Below, piece after piece: positions 8,154-14,904 of a stretch of DNA of 14,904 nt. This DNA is from an uncultured bacterium (GTDB taxonomy: Bacteria; Abyssobacteria; SURF-5), in assembly GCA_964510165.1 (NCBI GenBank), contig CAZEBC010000096.1, forward strand, positions 1 through 14,904. Direction: 5' to 3'. How positions within the stretch are numbered: position 1 is the first letter of the stretch; each line of letters opens with the position of its first letter. Position numbers and translations under genes: made by a program. The notes below the pieces were generated by a model, which had not been told where the DNA came from, did no database searches, and saw only the letters and a program-made list of their open reading frames with translations.

Positions 8154-8903
8154 CTATGATAGTCCCCCATTTGGGTCATCCTTCAGAACGTCGCCTTCCT
8201 CGTCGCTCAAGGCTTCCTCGCTGGCCTTACCCTTCGATTCCAAATCCTTGTCCCCGGGTTGCGTATAGCAGGCGTATTCATACTGGATGCAGCACATGAG
8301 GCGTCCGCACTGGCCCGAGATCTTGGTCGGATTAAGCGCAAGGCTTTGCTTCTTCGCCATCTTGATGGAGACAGGCGTGAACTCCTTTAGGAATGTGGCG
8401 CAGCACAAAGGCCGGCCGCAACAGCCCATTCCGCCGATCATTCGCGCTTCGTCGCGCACGCCTATCTGGCGCAGCTCGATGCGGGTGCGGAACTGGTGCG
8501 CCAGGTCCTTGACCAATTCCCTGAAGTCCACCCGCGTTTCAGACCGGAAATAAAAGAGTATCTTGCTCTTGTCGAAGGCGACCTCGACGCCCACAAGCTT
8601 CATGGGAAGTTCCCGCTCCTCGATCTTGTTCTCGCAGATGTGGAACGCCTCGTCCTCCAGCCTGAGCAGTTCTTCCTGGCGTTTCCTGTCTTCAGCCGTG
8701 GCCTTGCGAACCGCTTTGATCATGCCGCAGAGACACTTTGGCTCCAACGCGATGTGCCGCGGCTCGACCGCGACCTTGCCCAGCCTGAGACCCATTTCGG
8801 TCTTGACGATGCACTCGTCGCCAGGCTTGAGATTCAATCCTTCGGATTGAAAGTTGTGCAGACGGCCTTCTTCCTTGAATCGTATTTTGCCGATACATAT
8901 CAT
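8154..8903 (-). CDS. ricT: PSP1-domain protein, RicT/YaaT family
   Basis: RVDFRELVKDLA, RIELRQIGVRDEA, GCCGRPLCC, VSIKMAKKQ, NPTKISGQCGRLMCC; conserved holB-ricT-metG context. Confidence 0.93.
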   Translation of the reverse strand: MICIGKIRFKEEGRLHNFQSEGLNLKPGDECIVKTEMGLRLGKVAVEPRHIALEPKCLCGMIKAVRKATAEDRKRQEELLRLEDEAFHICENKIEERELPMKLVGVEVAFDKSKILFYFRSETRVDFRELVKDLAHQFRTRIELRQIGVRDEARMIGGMGCCGRPLCCATFLKEFTPVSIKMAKKQSLALNPTKISGQCGRLMCCIQYEYACYTQPGDKDLESKGKASEEALSDEEGDVLKDDPNGGLS

Positions 8904-8949
8904 CTCAGCACCTCTATGTTCACGGGCTTTGGCCCGAAGTGATATCGAG

Positions 8950-10050
8950 TCAGGCGTCGCGCAGCCTCAAAACAAGGTCCAGAAACGCCCTGTCTTCTCC
9001 CACATAATGTGAGAAATATTTGGATGTTTCTTCGAGAACGCCCACGTTCTCCAGGATTGCGGCGCCACTGATCTTCTTCGCCTGCTTTCGGAGCAGGTCG
9101 AGTCTGTTGCGATTGATGACCAGGTGTTCGTCGCCGGTTTCCTTCAGGACGTACAGGTCCCGATAGAATGTGAGCAGCACGCCCAAACAATCGTTCAGGA
9201 ATTCCCTGAAGTGTCTGTCTACAAATGATTTCCGCCTGTCCTCCAAGGATGACTTCATGGCCGGGGTCATCGCCTCGACTTCAACCGATATCTTGCGCTC
9301 CGCCTGTTCCGTAAGGCTGGACTGTTCCTCCTGCAGAAACTCCACCAGCCTATCATATGCGTGCAGCCTGGCCGAGAAGCGTTCGAGGGACTCAACAACG
9401 CCTATGAGCGTCTCGAGCCGCTTCGGCTCGGCGAACTGAAGGCCGCGCGTGACCTGGCCGTCCGCCAACTCGGCGGCAAACGCCGCGCGAGTGCGGTCCA
9501 CCCCGAACCTGGTCTCGAGGATTCGAGCGACCGACTCGGTCCTGAGCTTGCCGAACTTGACCGGCTGGCATCTGGAGGTGACGGTCGGAAGCACGCTCTC
9601 GGGCCGCTCGGTAACCAGCACGAAGACCGTCGCCGGCGGAGGCTCCTCGAGCGTCTTCAGCAGTTTGTTAGCGGCCTGGACTCCCAAGCGGTCCGCTTCG
9701 GAAAGGATGAACACCTTGATTTTTCCTTTAACCGGCTTCATATACGCGAACGGGAGCAACTCCTCGACCTGTTCCACCCCGATGGTGGACGAGCGCTTGG
9801 TCGGCTCGATTGTTCTGATGTCGGGATGCTTATCCTGACTGATGAGCCTGCATGTCGCACATTCCTCGCATGGCTCGGCGCCATTCGGTTTCTCGCAGTT
9901 GAGCGACCTCGCGAGAATCGATGCCGTCAGTTTCCTTCCTACGCCGGACGGCCCGACGAACAGGTAAGCGTGGGCAACCCTGCCCTTATCAATCGCCGCC
10001 CTGAGCGTGCGCACGGCGGTGGATTGGTCCAACACGTTCTCGAAACTCAT
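8950..10050 (-). CDS. holB: DNA polymerase III delta' subunit
   Basis: AHAYLFVGPSGVGRK, Zn module C..PCEECATC, HPD, ANKLLKTLEEPP, LPTVTSRC; follows tmk. Confidence 0.95.
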   Translation of the reverse strand: MSFENVLDQSTAVRTLRAAIDKGRVAHAYLFVGPSGVGRKLTASILARSLNCEKPNGAEPCEECATCRLISQDKHPDIRTIEPTKRSSTIGVEQVEELLPFAYMKPVKGKIKVFILSEADRLGVQAANKLLKTLEEPPPATVFVLVTERPESVLPTVTSRCQPVKFGKLRTESVARILETRFGVDRTRAAFAAELADGQVTRGLQFAEPKRLETLIGVVESLERFSARLHAYDRLVEFLQEEQSSLTEQAERKISVEVEAMTPAMKSSLEDRRKSFVDRHFREFLNDCLGVLLTFYRDLYVLKETGDEHLVINRNRLDLLRKQAKKISGAAILENVGVLEETSKYFSHYVGEDRAFLDLVLRLRDA

Positions 10051-10700
10051 TTCAATCTTACCAGAAACGGTTCCACCAGCGACACAATGGTCCGGTGCAC
10101 ATCCTCAATCGAGCCGGTCACCGGAATCACCTTGATTCGACCGGGCTCACGCCCGGCGAGTTCGCGGTAGCCTCGCTCAACCCGCTCATGGAACTCGCTC
10201 GCTTCGTTTTCCATACGGTCGCCCGTCCTGCTTCCGGCGAACTCCTTCTTCGAGGCGAGCGCGCGTTTGATGCCGGTCTCCGCGTCCAAATCCAGCAGAA
10301 ACGTTAAGTCCGGTTTGATGCCTTCGGTAGCAACGTCGTTTATGCGGCGGATTGTCTCGATATCTATCCCCCGGCCATATCCCTGATATGCTATGGTAGC
10401 GTCGGAGAAGCGGTCGCAGATAACCCATTTGCCATTCTCGAGAGCCGGCATGATGACCTCACGGACCTGCTGGGCGCGCGCGGCAAGAAATAGCAGCAAT
10501 TCCGCCGACGGGGCAAGCCTGGCATGGGGCGAGAGGAGTATCTGGCGAATCTTCTCTCCCGTATCGGTTCCGCCCGGCTCTCTGGTTTCGACCACCTTCA
10601 GCCCCTCCTTGCGCAAGTACTCTGACAGCAATGCCGCCTGAGTGGTCTTGCCGCTGCCTTCGACACCCTCTATCGTGATGAATTTGCCCCGATCAATCAT
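10047..10700 (-). CDS. tmk: Thymidylate kinase
   Basis: FITIEGVEGSGKTT, TREPGG, ELLLFLAARAQ, CDRFSDATIAYQG, PDLTFLLD. Confidence 0.98.
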   Translation of the reverse strand: MIDRGKFITIEGVEGSGKTTQAALLSEYLRKEGLKVVETREPGGTDTGEKIRQILLSPHARLAPSAELLLFLAARAQQVREVIMPALENGKWVICDRFSDATIAYQGYGRGIDIETIRRINDVATEGIKPDLTFLLDLDAETGIKRALASKKEFAGSRTGDRMENEASEFHERVERGYRELAGREPGRIKVIPVTGSIEDVHRTIVSLVEPFLVRLK

Positions 10701-11559
10701 TTCTTTTCTGCTGATTCAGCGAGTCCCTCACAAACTTTGTGGACTTGAGGAACTCGAGGATTCTTTCGTATCCGCCCTCACTCAGGAACAGGTCAAACTC
10801 CTGCAGGTCCTCGCGAAGCATGGCGATTGCCTCCCTGATCTCGGCCATGTTGTTCATGCAGATATCGGCCCACATCTCGGGATCGCTTGATGCGATGCGC
10901 GTGGTGTCAAGAAACCCCTTCCCGACAAAGCGATTGACATCACTGCCGAGCGTTCTTAAGCCTGCGATAAGGAGCGCGGCCACTACATGAGGCAGATGGC
11001 TGGTCCTGGCCACGATGCGGTCATGAACCTCGGGCGGCATCTCGATGACGGCGCCGCCGAGACGCTCCCACGTCTCGCGCACCTTCGCGGCGACGGACGG
11101 GTCGGTAAAGGAGGTCGGAGTCATGAAAACGCTCGCTCCTTCGAACAGGTCGGCGCAGGCGTGCTGCACCCCTTTCTTCTCAGAACCGGCCAGCGGATGG
11201 CTTCCGACAAATCTGCTGCCCGCGCGGCGGAGTTGTTCGACCTCATTTACGATGCCGCCTTTTGTGCTGCCGACGTCGGTTATCACGCAATCGTCGTCGA
11301 GTGTGCTCTCGATTTCGGCGATGACTCCGGCTACCGAGCCGACCGGAGTGCAGACCACGACGAGGTCAGCGCCGTCTCCGGACAGATCTGCGCGCATTTC
11401 GTCAATCGCGCCGGTATCGAGCGCTGCCCTCAACGAGGCCTGGCTCCGTCCCATGCCGACGATGCTTCCGCACATGCGCCGCGCCTTCAGGCCAAGCCCG
11501 ATGGAGCCTCCGAGCAGCCCGACGCCGATTATGGCGACTCTGTCGAAAAACAAGCCCAT
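10693..11559 (-). CDS. tyrA: Prephenate/arogenate dehydrogenase
   Basis: IIGVGLLGGS Rossmann motif, TDVGSTK, FVGSHPLAGSE, HDRIVARTSHLPH, DTTRIASSDPEMWADI. Confidence 0.95.
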   Translation of the reverse strand: MGLFFDRVAIIGVGLLGGSIGLGLKARRMCGSIVGMGRSQASLRAALDTGAIDEMRADLSGDGADLVVVCTPVGSVAGVIAEIESTLDDDCVITDVGSTKGGIVNEVEQLRRAGSRFVGSHPLAGSEKKGVQHACADLFEGASVFMTPTSFTDPSVAAKVRETWERLGGAVIEMPPEVHDRIVARTSHLPHVVAALLIAGLRTLGSDVNRFVGKGFLDTTRIASSDPEMWADICMNNMAEIREAIAMLREDLQEFDLFLSEGGYERILEFLKSTKFVRDSLNQQKRND

Positions 11560-11574
11560 TGTTCCTGCCCGATG

Positions 11575-12306
11575 TTATGCGCTGATTGTGGCGACGTCAA
11601 TGGCGCGTCTGAGGGTGAAGGCGCCCTCATACAGGGCTTTGCCTATTATCATTCCGATGATCCGGTGGGGCGCCAATCTGGCGATTTCGGCGACATCGGC
11701 GAGGCTTGAGATGCCGCCCGATGCGATGACCTCAATGGAGACGCTCTCAGCCATCTTTCGAAGACCGTCCATGTTCGGGCCTGAGAGCATGCCGTCGCGT
11801 GAAATATCCGTGTATATGATGAGGCCGGCCCCTCTCTCGGCCGCCTTCTTCGCGAATTCGACCGCGTCAAACTCGGTCACATCGAGCCAGCCCTTCACCG
11901 CTACTTTGCCGTCTCGGGCGTCGATGCCGACGGCTATCTTCTCGCCGAACTCGGCGCACGCCCTCTCGAGGAATCCCTCAGACTGGAGCGCGGCGGTGCC
12001 GAGCACCATCCTGTTCACTCCCGTTTCCGAGAGACGGACAAGCGTTTCCATCGTGCGGCAGCCGCCCCCGAACTGAATGGGGATATTGACCGCCGCGCGG
12101 ATGGCCTGGAGCGCGCTCAGGTTTTGAGGCCGGCCGGCAAATGCGCCGTCCAGGTCAACGACGTGCAGCCACTGCGCGCCCTGCTCGGCCCAATTGCGGG
12201 CGACTTCGGCGGGGTCGTCGGAATACGCCTTCTCCCTGTCCGGCTTCCCCTGCTCCAGCCGAACACATCGGCCGCCCTTGAGGTCAATCGCCGGAAGTAC
12301 TATCAT
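11575..12306 (-). CDS. hisA: ProFAR isomerase
   Basis: [48 protein letters not shown]. Confidence 0.97.
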   Translation of the reverse strand: MIVLPAIDLKGGRCVRLEQGKPDREKAYSDDPAEVARNWAEQGAQWLHVVDLDGAFAGRPQNLSALQAIRAAVNIPIQFGGGCRTMETLVRLSETGVNRMVLGTAALQSEGFLERACAEFGEKIAVGIDARDGKVAVKGWLDVTEFDAVEFAKKAAERGAGLIIYTDISRDGMLSGPNMDGLRKMAESVSIEVIASGGISSLADVAEIARLAPHRIIGMIIGKALYEGAFTLRRAIDVATISA

Positions 12307-12661
12307 TGCTCAGGTGCGCTTTGGCCACTTCCACTAACTGGCTGAAAACTTGTCGGTCGTTAACGGCCAGGTCGGCAAGCATCTTTCGGTCTATGTCAAT
12401 TGAGGCCTTGTTCAGACCGTCTATCAGTCGGTTGTAAGACAATCCGTTCAGACGGGCCGCCGCGTTGATGCGCATTATCCACAGGCTCCGGAACTCCCTC
12501 TTTCGCGTCTTGCGGTCGCGATACGAGTATTGCAGGCTCCGGATGACCGCCTGGTTCGCGGTCCGGAACATGTTGCTCTTGCCGCCGTAATAGCCCTTCG
12601 CCATCTTGACGATGTTTCGGCGACGCCGGCGCGAGGCCGGGTTGTTGGTTGCTCTAGGCAT
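12284..12661 (-). CDS. rplT: 50S ribosomal protein L20 (bL20)
   Basis: [49 protein letters not shown]. Confidence 0.98.
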   Translation of the reverse strand: MPRATNNPASRRRRRNIVKMAKGYYGGKSNMFRTANQAVIRSLQYSYRDRKTRKREFRSLWIMRINAAARLNGLSYNRLIDGLNKASIDIDRKMLADLAVNDRQVFSQLVEVAKAHLSNDSTSGD

Positions 12662-12700
12662 GTTGCATTCACTCCTTCTTCGGTCAACTGACGCGATGCG

Positions 12701-12895
12701 TCAGACGGAGATAAGTCTCCCGATGCGTACGGCGTCGGCCTTGTCCACTATTGCGGCTTTTCTGAGTCGGCGTTTTCGCGAGGCGCTCTTGTGGGTAAGC
12801 AAATGGGACTTGAACGCGCGACGGCGCTTGATCTTACCCGTGGCCGTCCATTTGAAACGCTTGGCTGCGCTGCGATTGCTCTTCATCTTTGGCAT
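12701..12895 (-). CDS. rpmI: 50S ribosomal protein L35 (bL35)
   Basis: [24 protein letters not shown]...HLLTHKS...RRLR; AAGGAG RBS. Confidence 0.98.
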   Translation of the reverse strand: MPKMKSNRSAAKRFKWTATGKIKRRRAFKSHLLTHKSASRKRRLRKAAIVDKADAVRIGRLISV

Positions 12896-12984
12896 ATGAC
12901 ACGCTCCTTCTCCTCGGAACGGACAAAAAAACCACCACCCATGGGCTTTTCTGTCAGTTACGCGTGAGTATTGGGACGTCCCAG

Positions 12985-13497
12985 TTAGTGTTTCGGCGCG
13001 AGAACAAGGGTCAAACTGCGGCCCTCTATCTTTGGCTGCTGCTCTACCGTAGCCATGTCCTGGGTATCTTGGATCAGCCTGTCCAGGACCTTCTGGCCAA
13101 GGTCGGTATGAACCATTTCGCGCCCCCGGAACCTCACGGTTATCTTGGCTTTGTTCCCTTCCTCGAGGAACTTGAGTACATGTTTGAGCTTGAACTGGTA
13201 GTCGTGCTCTTCGGTCTTAGGCCGGAACTTCATCTCCTTGATGACAATCGTGTGCTGATGCTTCTTGGCCTGTTTTGCACGCTTGCTCTGCTCATACTTG
13301 TACTTGCCATAATCCATTATTCGGCAGACCGGCGGGCTGGCCTGAGGCGCAACCTCGACAAGGTCGAGCTCTTGCTCCCTGGCCATCCTGAGACCTTCCT
13401 CGGCCGTCACGATGCCGACCTGCTCACCGTCGACGCCGATAAGGCGAATCGATCTGGCCCGGATTCTTTCATTTACTCTGGTCGTTTCAACTCGTAT
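12985..13497 (-). CDS. infC: Translation initiation factor IF-3 with non-canonical ATA start
   Basis: The frame extends upstream of the track start (13410) through [24 protein letters not shown] to ATA 13497-13495. An in-frame TGA lies at 13506-13504 and the RBS AAGGGGTGA is just upstream. Core motifs [27 protein letters not shown]. Confidence 0.96.
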   Translation of the reverse strand: MRVETTRVNERIRARSIRLIGVDGEQVGIVTAEEGLRMAREQELDLVEVAPQASPPVCRIMDYGKYKYEQSKRAKQAKKHQHTIVIKEMKFRPKTEEHDYQFKLKHVLKFLEEGNKAKITVRFRGREMVHTDLGQKVLDRLIQDTQDMATVEQQPKIEGRSLTLVLAPKH

Positions 13498-13532
13498 CGC
13501 GCATCACCCCTTCTTGGTTGAACCGTGCGATG

Positions 13533-13561
13533 AAAATAAAAAAGATGGCAAAAGCCATCTT
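13533..13561 (-). terminator. Intrinsic terminator (attenuator) in the infC leader
   Basis: AAGAUGGC-UUUU-GCCAUCUU hairpin followed by UUUUAUUUU. Confidence 0.8.
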
Positions 13562-13645
13562 CTCACGACAACTGCGTGAGCGATAACCCTGAGAGCGACC
13601 CTCCATAAGGCGCAACAGGGTGAGAAGCTTGGGCTTCTGCTTTTC
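13533..13645 (-). ncRNA. L20 leader-like cis-regulatory RNA (ribosomal protein autoregulatory attenuator)
   Basis: Transcript reads AGAAGC-ccaa-GCUUCU-CACCCUG...CAGGGUUA, followed by a terminator. This matches my recollection of the Bacillus-type L20 leader layout, and it lies directly 5' of infC-rpmI-rplT. Confidence 0.8.
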
Positions 13646-13691
13646 AGCCTATTTCGTTCTGCCACAGTTATATTTGTCTCTTGACGCAATA

Positions 13692-13721
13692 AATATAGCA
13701 TATCCTCACGACGAGTGTCAA
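13692..13721 (-). promoter_or_regulatory. Sigma70 promoter of the infC operon
   Basis: TTGACA (13721-13716), 18-nt spacer ending TGC, TATATT (13697-13692); extended -10. Confidence 0.75.
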
Positions 13722-13735
13722 CTGGGGAGGCCGAT

Positions 13736-13765
13736 TTGACGCAACTGGCGGCGCGATGGTATATT
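13736..13765 (+). promoter_or_regulatory. Divergent sigma70 promoter for the BON-domain gene
   Basis: TTGACG (13736-13741), 18-nt spacer ending TGG, TATATT (13760-13765); extended -10. Confidence 0.65.
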
Positions 13766-13810
13766 TCTGTTGCACTACCGGGAATGAATACTTGAATTTC
13801 TCGTGTTTTC

Positions 13811-13926
13811 CCTCTCACCCCAACCCTCTCCCACTGGGAGAGGGAGCGTTCACGTTGGCCCTCTTCCGGTAGGAGAGGGCGCGCTCATGTTGACCCTCTC
13901 CCACTGGGAGAGGGCAGGGTGAGGGG
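13811..13926. repeat. BoxC-like palindromic element with three hairpins at a 35-bp period
   Basis: CCCTCTCCCACTGGGAGAGGG at 13824-13844 and 13894-13914, degenerate CCCTCTTCCGGTAGGAGAGGG at 13859-13879; flanked by the inverted ends CTCACCC and GGGTGAG. Confidence 0.85.
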
Positions 13927-13943
13927 CTAAGGAAGTGTGAGCA

Positions 13944-14675
13944 GTGAGCAGGAACCTTCTCATTTTCTTGTCTTGCATTCTGCTAGTCCTGACGGCGACG
14001 AATTCCGTGGCCGAGCAGGCCCCCGTTGTCCCCGTGTCTCCGTCCAGGGAGACGGGATCAATTATCACGAAAGAAGAGGCCATCGAGACCACCGAGGGCG
14101 CCAAGGAGCGACTAAGGACGGACGCGCATATCGTGGACGTGGCGGTTACGCGCCCCGAGGTGGCAGACGCCCTCATCGCGGGCGATAAGGAATTATCCCT
14201 CATCGCGCATTCGGCGGGCTTCGGCAAGGTGCTCGTGCGTCTGGAAAATGGCAATACGATCGCCTACAAGGTTCGCGTTTATGTGGCTGATCCCGAGAAG
14301 CGCGCGGCCCAGCTCAGGGAGAAACTCGGGCATATCCAGGGCATCAATATCGAGGTTGTAAAGGGAAAGATTCTGATTGATGGAAGGGTGTTGCACTTAA
14401 AGGAAATGGACGCCATCGAGCGCGCAGTCGGCGATAATCCCTCCGTCATCAACCTGACCTCCCTCAGCTCGCGCAACGCGCGCATACTGGCCCGTGAGAT
14501 CGTGCGCGAACTTCGGGCATCGGGCATCTATGGCGCGGATGTCGAGGTCCGCAGCAATCGTGTCACGCTCGTAGGCACGCTCGGCTCCAGGCTCCTGGTC
14601 GAAAAGGCCGAAACCATCGCATCGAAATACACCCCGACTTTCGACAGCCTGCTCCAGGTGGCCCCGGCACAGTGA
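13944..14675 (+). CDS. Secreted protein with a pilus-assembly N-terminal (CpaC/RcpA-N-like) domain and two BON-like domains
   Basis: Signal peptide (LLIFLSCILLVLTATNSVA); IVDVAVTRPEVADA...LSLIAHSAGFGKVLV...YKVRV resembles the CpaC N-domain; two BON-like repeats (INIEVVKGKILIDGRV; DVEVRSNRVTLVGTL). GTG start with an AAGGAAG RBS. Confidence 0.75.
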   Translation: MSRNLLIFLSCILLVLTATNSVAEQAPVVPVSPSRETGSIITKEEAIETTEGAKERLRTDAHIVDVAVTRPEVADALIAGDKELSLIAHSAGFGKVLVRLENGNTIAYKVRVYVADPEKRAAQLREKLGHIQGINIEVVKGKILIDGRVLHLKEMDAIERAVGDNPSVINLTSLSSRNARILAREIVRELRASGIYGADVEVRSNRVTLVGTLGSRLLVEKAETIASKYTPTFDSLLQVAPAQ

Positions 14676-14725
14676 GCTAAAGGGAACTAAAATGAAATAA
14701 AGTATTATAACAGTAATTGTCCAAA

Positions 14726-14860
14726 AACCCCAAACTCTGAACCCCAAATCCGCCGTCCGCGCATAATCCGCAATCCGGTAGTCCTTCGCACCTTTACGCC
14801 TTGGCGTGCGAAATCTTTCGTCCTTTGCTCTTCGTCCTTCCCTTCCCCCTTTCCCCTTTT
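14726..14860. repeat. Degenerate heptamer tandem repeats and pyrimidine-rich low-complexity tract
   Basis: aacccca-aactctg-aacccca-aatccgc-cgtccgc...aatccgc-aatccgg, then ctttcgt-cctttgc-tcttcgt-ccttccc..., with a ttcgcac...gtgcgaa inverted repeat (14785-14812) between them. Confidence 0.45.
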
Positions 14861-14904
14861 AACCCCAATGTCTTTAACTACTTCTGTCTTTCGAAATTTT
14901 TATT

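Noticed and set aside
11575..12306. Isolated hisA as a bifunctional PriA (HisA/TrpF)
   Set aside because: It has FGGG and KGW rather than the SGG and RGW features I associate with PriA; there is no support beyond its isolation.
13504..13818. 104-aa ORF in frame with infC (possible readthrough or leader protein)
   Set aside because: It spans the promoters and the structured leader, has no protein-like motif, and begins upstream of the predicted TSS.
13824..13914. Mini CRISPR array (three palindromic repeats, regular spacing)
   Set aside because: Linkers are only 14 nt and resemble each other; no cas genes are present. It fits a tandem palindromic element.
14397..14747. 116-aa minus-strand ORF with a hydrophobic N-terminus
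   Set aside because: The hydrophobic stretch derives from AT-rich intergenic DNA; the rest is antisense to the BON gene.

Overview
Bacterial chromosomal window of mostly core genes, with a high-GC coding region. Most of it is one long, tightly packed minus-strand run: infC-rpmI-rplT-hisA-tyrA-tmk-holB-ricT(PSP1)-metG-tatD::radical SAM-trpS-scpA-yraN-TIM barrel. A separately promoted OmpR-family response regulator and sensor kinase follow; the kinase is cut by the left edge and is missing from the ORF track. The run starts at a sigma70-type promoter and an L20-leader-like attenuator, and infC appears to start at ATA. A mirror-image divergent promoter drives a secreted pilus-N/BON/BON protein that lacks a secretin domain. 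Two palindromic repeat elements lie in intergenic spaces: a GTAG-type REP doublet and a 35-bp-period BoxC-like triplet. No CRISPR array, tRNA/rRNA gene or transposase was seen. The best leads are the TatD-radical SAM fusion among Fe-S-motif proteins, a Cys3Asp variant of the TrpRS Fe-S motif, the apparent L20-controlled super-operon and the secretin-less CpaC-like protein. All assignments come from motif recognition by eye; no searches were run.
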